NCBI GenBank assembly: GCA_001805445.1 | Contig: MHGF01000003.1 | Location: 120,429 to 184,428, forward strand | Source: Omnitrophica WOR_2 bacterium GWF2_43_52 | Lineage (GTDB): Bacteria > Omnitrophota > Gorgyraeia > Gygaellales > UBA12090 | Length of the DNA: 64,000 nucleotides | Direction: 5' to 3' | In this document: piece by piece, positions 58,921-64,000 of the stretch | How the letters are laid out: each line of letters begins with the position of its first letter | How positions within the stretch are numbered: position 1 is the stretch's first letter | Program-made: the position numbers and the translations under genes | The notes under the pieces: generated by a model | Told to the model about the DNA's origin: nothing | The model's input: only the letters and a program-made list of their open reading frames with translations | The model's database searches: none

Positions 58921-58936
58921 TGGCACAGAAAATGCT
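58921..58936 (+). promoter_or_regulatory. Sigma54 (-24/-12) promoter of the EPS operon
   Basis: TGGCAC-AGAAA-ATGCT versus consensus TGGCAC-N5-TTGCW. Confidence 0.7.
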
Positions 58937-58960
58937 GTATACTATGTATACGGTAACAAA

Positions 58961-59000
58961 CGGACATACCCAGACATACTATGACATATAGGGACATTAC
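58961..59000 (+). promoter_or_regulatory. Four GACAT direct repeats at exact 10-bp period, candidate operator
   Basis: cggacatacc cagacatact atgacatata gggacattac. Confidence 0.65.
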
Positions 59001-59044
59001 TGAAGGTTACCATACAATTTTTGATATTAACAAGGAGGTTTACG

Positions 59045-59263
59045 TTGGCAGGAAACGGTAGGATGACAATTACAGACGTAGCTGAGCGGTTAGGCGTTAC
59101 CCAAAAGACAATTGTCCGCTGGGAAAAAGCAGGTAAGGTAGGCCTGGCAAAGCGTGACTGGCGCGGCTGGCGAGTCTATGATAAAAATGATTTCAAAAAA
59201 CTAAAAACTTTTAAGGAAATGATCGTGTATTACGGGGAGGACAAAAATGATACAAAAACTTAA
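59045..59263 (+). CDS. Small MerR/BldC-like winged HTH protein
   Basis: TITDVAERLGVTQKTIVRWEKAGK..RDWRGWRVY; AAGGAGG SD before TTG 59045. Confidence 0.88.
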   Translation: MAGNGRMTITDVAERLGVTQKTIVRWEKAGKVGLAKRDWRGWRVYDKNDFKKLKTFKEMIVYYGEDKNDTKT

Positions 59264-60083
59264 GTATATAGGTATACTGCTGGTTTTCGCGGCTACTTCG
59301 GCCCAGGCGTTTGCCGCAGCTGAGCCTTCTGAGGAGCTCAAGATTATTGAAACGCCGAATACAATAGAAATCCACACTTCGCAAATAGCAGCTCCTCTCG
59401 ATAAGAGCCAGGACACTACCGCTTCAGAAGCTACCACCAAAACCATCGTGTCAGAGAGCTATAAATTTGACCCCCTCAAGTATACCCTCGGCCCTGATGA
59501 TGTCATTGAGATCGCGGTCCTGCGCCATCCGGAGTTTAGCGGCGTCTACCCCATAGACCAGGAGGGAAAGATTCAATATAAATTTGTCGGAGATATAGTG
59601 GTAACCGGCTTAACAAAGTCACAATTAGAACAAAGAATAACGGATATTATTTCCAGCTTTGTTATCACTCCTGAGGTAAACGTCACTATTAACGAATACC
59701 GGAGTAAAGTTATTTACATCCTGGGGGAAGTCGGAACCCCGGGGAAATACTACATACGTTCTGAGGCGATTCCCGTGCGCGAGGCGGTATTCCAGGCAGG
59801 GCTTCCTACTGGATCAGCGGCTATGCGCAAATGCCAGATTATTACACCCTCAAAAGACGGAAATGTCAAGATACGAAAGGTTGACATCTATTCATTGCTC
59901 TACGGCGGTAATTTAAAGAAAAACATCGAAATGAAACCCGGAGATGTGCTCTATGTCCCATCTACCGTAATGGCAAAACTCATTAGAGTCATTAACCCCG
60001 TTGCCTCTACCGTGGGCGTCGCTTCAAGCGGCCCAAGCAGCGCATCAGGCGGCAAGGCCGCGCTTGAAACTTTAGCCAAATAA
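59247..60083 (+). CDS. Polysaccharide export protein (Wza-like, Poly_export plus SLBB)
   Basis: Signal peptide, YTLGPDDVIEI, G.I..FVG.I..GLT, YILGEV..PG, PGDVLYVP. Confidence 0.9.
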   Translation: MIQKLKYIGILLVFAATSAQAFAAAEPSEELKIIETPNTIEIHTSQIAAPLDKSQDTTASEATTKTIVSESYKFDPLKYTLGPDDVIEIAVLRHPEFSGVYPIDQEGKIQYKFVGDIVVTGLTKSQLEQRITDIISSFVITPEVNVTINEYRSKVIYILGEVGTPGKYYIRSEAIPVREAVFQAGLPTGSAAMRKCQIITPSKDGNVKIRKVDIYSLLYGGNLKKNIEMKPGDVLYVPSTVMAKLIRVINPVASTVGVASSGPSSASGGKAALETLAK

Positions 60084-60100
60084 TACGAGGAGACTAAATA

Positions 60101-61414
60101 ATGGAAGACCAGGAATTCAGCAAATACCGTAACCCCATAGAATACCTTAAAGTATTTTTTCGCCGCAAATGGCTTTTTATCGCGCCCGCCTTTATCGGCA
60201 CAACCATAGGAGCGGCAGCGTGTTTCCTGCTTCCGCCCACATGGGAATCTTCAACGATAATCCTTGTTGAGGAAGAAAAAATAATTAATCCGCTCTTTCA
60301 AAACCTGGCGGTATCAACCAGCGCCGCGCAGAGAATGCAAAGTATCAGAGAAAGCATCCTCAGCTGGAACAGCTTGGTTGAGCTGGCTAAAAAGTTAGAC
60401 TTGGCAAAAAACGCGCAGTCGCAAGCAGAATATGAGCGGCTGATTATGAACCTCAAGAAAGACATCTCCGTCCAGATGCGCCAGCACAATATTATCAGGC
60501 TTGCCTACGAAGGGAAAACTCCCAAGGAAACCCAGTTAGTGGCAAAGACGCTTACCGATATCCTGGTCGAAAAAAACATGCGGGCGCAAACCAAGGAAAC
60601 TGATGTGGCAATAGCCTTTATCACAGAACAGCTTGCCATCTACAAAAGAAAGATAAAAGAATCGGAAATCGCTAACCTGCAGGACCAATTAAAAAACCTC
60701 CTGGAAGATTCTACCGAACAGCATCCTATAGTCAAAGAAATAAGGCAGAAAATAGATACGGAACTAAAAGAGTTAGACTCCGGGGAATATAAAATTACCG
60801 GAACAGAGCAAGCCATTTCCAGCCCCGCGAGAGAAGCCTTAAAAAAGGAGCTGGATAAACTCGTCCAAGACAAGACATCCCAGTCACTCTCAGGCGGCGT
60901 GCGGCCGACAGCCGCGGAAAGCGAGAACGACGCTAATAAATCCATCTATAAGCTCCTCTTAATGGACAGGGTAGATACATCATTAGCGAGGGATATCAAC
61001 GTTAACGTCAGTATCTACAATATGCTTCTTGAGAAATTAGAGACCGCGAAAATCACCCAGCGCCTGGAAACCTCTAAAGAAGGAACGCGCTATACTATCC
61101 TTGACCCGCCCCGTCTTCCTTTAAAACCGATAAAGCCTAAAAAGGTATTGGTCGTCCTGCTGGGGTTTTTCTTCGGTGCCGCCTCCGGTACAGGGCTTGT
61201 CTTTGGCAAGGAATTTATGGACCAATCGTTCCTGGACATCGAAGATACACGGCATACACTGTCATTACCAGTATTAGGCGCGATTTCGCGCATCACGACG
61301 CAAGAAGCAATTGATAAAGAGAAAAACAGGAGGAAAGTCGCTATTGCCGCAAGCATAGTTTTAGCTTCGGCCTCAGTAATCGGCGCTGCCCTGTTTTCAC
61401 TCTTAAAAAAATAA
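60101..61414 (+). CDS. Polysaccharide chain-length determinant (Wzz/GumC, membrane part of Wzc)
   Basis: N- and C-terminal TMs, coiled coil, ILDPP.LP.KP.KP, LPVLGAI. Confidence 0.88.
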   Translation: MEDQEFSKYRNPIEYLKVFFRRKWLFIAPAFIGTTIGAAACFLLPPTWESSTIILVEEEKIINPLFQNLAVSTSAAQRMQSIRESILSWNSLVELAKKLDLAKNAQSQAEYERLIMNLKKDISVQMRQHNIIRLAYEGKTPKETQLVAKTLTDILVEKNMRAQTKETDVAIAFITEQLAIYKRKIKESEIANLQDQLKNLLEDSTEQHPIVKEIRQKIDTELKELDSGEYKITGTEQAISSPAREALKKELDKLVQDKTSQSLSGGVRPTAAESENDANKSIYKLLLMDRVDTSLARDINVNVSIYNMLLEKLETAKITQRLETSKEGTRYTILDPPRLPLKPIKPKKVLVVLLGFFFGAASGTGLVFGKEFMDQSFLDIEDTRHTLSLPVLGAISRITTQEAIDKEKNRRKVAIAASIVLASASVIGAALFSLLKK

Positions 61415-61418
61415 GACT

Positions 61419-62288
61419 ATGTACGAAAATTTCTTCGGATTTAGCGAAAAACCGTTCAACACCACCCCTGACTCAAGATTCTTTTTCCCAAGCACCAAGC
61501 ATTTGGAGGCGCTTAACAGCTTAGTCTATGCCATTGACCAGAGGAAAGGCTTTGTCGTCATTACCGGTGAAATCGGGGCAGGCAAGACCACCGTCTGCAG
61601 AACACTCTTAAATAAGCTTAACGGCAGCACCAAAGTAGCCCTCATCACCAATACCCACATCAGCGCGAAAGAACTCCTTTCGGAGATTCTTGACGAATTC
61701 GAGATTGAACATAAGGGAGGAACCAAACAAAGGCTCCTCTCGCATCTGAACAAATTCCTGATTCAGGAGTTAGCCACAGACACCAATGTCGTTTTGATTA
61801 TTGATGAAGCGCAAAACCTTACCCCTACGGTTTTAGAGGAGGTACGGATGCTTTCTAACCTTGAGACCGAAAAAGAAAAGCTCATCCAGATTATCCTTCT
61901 CGGACAGCCCCAGCTCAAAGCAAAGCTGGAACATTCAAGATTGGAACAATTCAAACAAAGGATTGCCGTTTACTATCACTTAGCTACCCTCAACCATGAA
62001 GAAACGAAAGAATACATCCATCACAGGCTAAAAATCGCCAGCGTCAACGCGCATGTCAAAATTTTTAGCCCTGAGGCAATAGACTTAATTTACGCCTATT
62101 CAAAAGGCGTGCCCCGAATTATCAATTTAACCTGCGACAGCGCGCTTTTAAGCGGCTATATTATGGATACGAAGTGCATTGAAGAAACAACAATCAAGGA
62201 AGTAATCAAAGAGAGGCAATTAGAAAGCTCCGTTACCGATCTTGCGTGTACTGAAAATCAAGACGCCTCTTATTGTGTTAAGCATTAA
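61419..62288 (+). CDS. ExeA/GspA-like AAA ATPase
   Basis: MYENFFGF.EKPF..TPD, TGEIGAGKTT, IIDEAQNL, GQP.L, GVPRIIN. Confidence 0.92.
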   Translation: MYENFFGFSEKPFNTTPDSRFFFPSTKHLEALNSLVYAIDQRKGFVVITGEIGAGKTTVCRTLLNKLNGSTKVALITNTHISAKELLSEILDEFEIEHKGGTKQRLLSHLNKFLIQELATDTNVVLIIDEAQNLTPTVLEEVRMLSNLETEKEKLIQIILLGQPQLKAKLEHSRLEQFKQRIAVYYHLATLNHEETKEYIHHRLKIASVNAHVKIFSPEAIDLIYAYSKGVPRIINLTCDSALLSGYIMDTKCIEETTIKEVIKERQLESSVTDLACTENQDASYCVKH

Positions 62289-62303
62289 TCAAAAAGGAGC
62301 ACT

Positions 62304-63092
62304 ATGGGTAAATTAACCGATGCCTTAAAAAAAGCAGCTGAAGAACGCATTTCAAGAATAGAAAAGCTTGATAGCCAAGACGAAGTCAAATACCAGTTCA
62401 TTGCCAAAAAAACGGTAGAGTCAAAGATTGACCCCCGCATTGTCTCATTCTACGACTCCCACGCTCCGGTATCCGAACAATACCGCAGCCTACGCACCAA
62501 TCTTCAAGCCTTAAATACCTCAAAACCGGCGAAAGTCATCGCGATCACCAGTTCTATTAACGGCGAAGGGAAAACCATCTCCGCGATCAACCTGGCTATC
62601 ACAATGGCAAAGGACCTTAATCAAAAAAGTATCCTCCTTATTGACGCTGACCTGCGCCGTTCGCGTATCACCAAATACCTTGGCATAACCCCTGAATTAG
62701 GGCTTTCAGATATCATCACCAATGGCTCAAACATTGACGACGCGCTCCTGAATATAGGCATCGAGAATCTCACGGTGCTTTCCGCGGGAAAGCACCCCAC
62801 TAATCCCGCGGAACTTTTAGGCTCACAGAAATTCAAGAACCTCATGAACCAGGTAAAGGCCAAATACGACTACATCATCCTTGACACCCCGCCGATTATC
62901 CCGGTAACCGATGCCGGATTAATAGGCGCGCAAGCTGACGGCGTGATAATGGTTGTCCAGGCATCCCGCACGCAACGGGGAGTTGTCAAACACAGTGAAG
63001 GGCTCCTAAAACAAGCCCAAGCCAAAATTCTCGGCTACATACTCACGAATGTCCAGTACCATATACCAGGGTATATTTATAGATACTTATAA
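62304..63092 (+). CDS. CpsD/CapB family tyrosine kinase
   Basis: EQYRSLRTNL, GEGKT, LIDADLRR, ILDTPP, C-terminal Tyr cluster. Confidence 0.92.
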   Translation: MGKLTDALKKAAEERISRIEKLDSQDEVKYQFIAKKTVESKIDPRIVSFYDSHAPVSEQYRSLRTNLQALNTSKPAKVIAITSSINGEGKTISAINLAITMAKDLNQKSILLIDADLRRSRITKYLGITPELGLSDIITNGSNIDDALLNIGIENLTVLSAGKHPTNPAELLGSQKFKNLMNQVKAKYDYIILDTPPIIPVTDAGLIGAQADGVIMVVQASRTQRGVVKHSEGLLKQAQAKILGYILTNVQYHIPGYIYRYL

Positions 63093-63094
63093 AA

Positions 63095-63520
63095 GTCTAT
63101 GGACTATAGTCTATAGCCGATAGTAGAGAAAAGAATATGTTTAAGTTTGAAAATTTAAAAATCTGGAAAGAATCAGTTGCGTTTGCGGGTGAAATTTACA
63201 CCTTATCTAAAAAATTCCCCAGGGAAGAGCTGTTTGGGCTAACGAGTCAATTAACAAGGGCAGCTGTATCTATCAGCTTAAACATCGCCGAAGGCGAAGG
63301 CAGAAACTCTGACGCCGAATTATCGCGATTTACGCAAATAGCAATAGGTTCTTTAAATGAGGTCGTAACAGTTTTATTCATAAGTTTAGAGCAAAAATAT
63401 ATTGCTCAAAAAGATTTTGATTTATCCTACAAGAGATGCGAACAAATCTCTAAAATGTTACACGCTTTTAGAAATTATTTAAAACATTAACTATAGACTA
63501 TCGACCATAGACTATCGACC
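63095..63520. mobile_element. Cassette: four-helix-bundle gene between inverted CTATMGA 7-bp arrays
   Basis: Left gtctatg gactata gtctata gccgata g (63095-63123); right ctataga ctatcga ccataga ctatcga cc (63491-63520). Confidence 0.65.
63137..63490 (+). CDS. Four helix bundle protein (23S rRNA IVS protein-like family)
   Basis: FENLKIW, FPREE.FGLTSQ..RAAVSI..NIAEG, IA.GSL.E. Confidence 0.92.
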   Translation: MFKFENLKIWKESVAFAGEIYTLSKKFPREELFGLTSQLTRAAVSISLNIAEGEGRNSDAELSRFTQIAIGSLNEVVTVLFISLEQKYIAQKDFDLSYKRCEQISKMLHAFRNYLKH

Positions 63521-63539
63521 AAAAAAAGGAGGCAATTCC

Positions 63540-64000
63540 ATGAAGTTCTTAGTAACCGGCGGGGCGGGGTTTATCGGTTCACATATAACTGAGAGGCTGC
63601 TCAAAGAAGGCCATTTTGTAAGAATACTGGATAACTTCTGTTCAGGAAAAGATGAAAACCTCGCCTTTACCAAAGGGCTCGGTAAAGACAAATTCGAGCT
63701 CATCAGAGGAGATATCAGGGATAAGGCAGCCTGCGAGAAGGCCTGCGACGGCATTGATTACGTGCTTCATCAAGCAGCCCTGCGCAGCGTGCCAAAATCC
63801 ATGAAAGAGCCGGAAAGCTACAACGACGTCAACATTAACGGCACCTTGTTCCTGCTTCAGGCAGCCTCCGGGCACAAGGTAAAGCGCCTTGTGATGGCTT
63901 CCTCAAGCTCTGTCTACGGCGATACCGATACATTCCCGGAACAGGAAAGCGCCTACCCATTATTGATTTCTCCTTATGCCTTAAGCAAATTAGCCGGAGA
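63540..64000 (+). CDS. NAD-dependent nucleotide-sugar epimerase (WbpP-like), 3'-truncated by window edge
   Basis: Not in the ORF track; translates MKFLVTGGAGFIGSHI...HQAALRSVPKS...ASSSSVYG...SPYALSK; AAGGAGG SD. Confidence 0.9.
   Translation, partial: MKFLVTGGAGFIGSHITERLLKEGHFVRILDNFCSGKDENLAFTKGLGKDKFELIRGDIRDKAACEKACDGIDYVLHQAALRSVPKSMKEPESYNDVNINGTLFLLQAASGHKVKRLVMASSSSVYGDTDTFPEQESAYPLLISPYALSKLAG

Noticed and set aside
63137-63490. Diversity-generating retroelement or rRNA intervening sequence
   Set aside because: No reverse transcriptase, template/variable repeat pair or rRNA sequence seen in the window

Overview
A 64 kb bacterial chromosomal segment in which every credible gene (~58 CDS plus tRNA-Arg-CCT) lies on the + strand. 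Gene content suggests an anaerobic diderm, possibly Candidatus Omnitrophota (inference, not provable here). In order: the end of an AT-richer surface-polysaccharide cluster; a housekeeping tract (priA, fmt, two galT-like genes, gap-pgk-tpiA-secG, guaB3-guaA, dnaE, HU/IHF, hisS-aspS, phoH-HD-ybeY-recO, panE, polX, nfnAB fused to panB, PilZ-PilT, glyQS, ppdK, a sigma70 factor, apt); a porin-like gene; a REP-associated Y1 transposase; an alpha-glucan locus; and the start of a Wza/Wzc/ExeA exopolysaccharide operon. Best candidates for undescribed biology: (1) a ParA ATPase fused to a glycogen-binding CBM48 next to GH57, a possible glycogen-granule positioning system; (2) a BldC-like mini-MerR gene preceded by four 10-bp-phased GACAT repeats, a sigma54 promoter and an IHF site; (3) a four-helix-bundle gene flanked by inverted 7-bp arrays, with many empty copies elsewhere, some in frame inside genes; (4) a GalT pair in which one copy lacks the catalytic His; (5) a helicase-dead PriA, an NfnB-PanB fusion and a PilZ-PilT with altered motifs. 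Intergenic DNA is dense with REP and MITE families. Product calls come from motif recognition only; no database searches were run.
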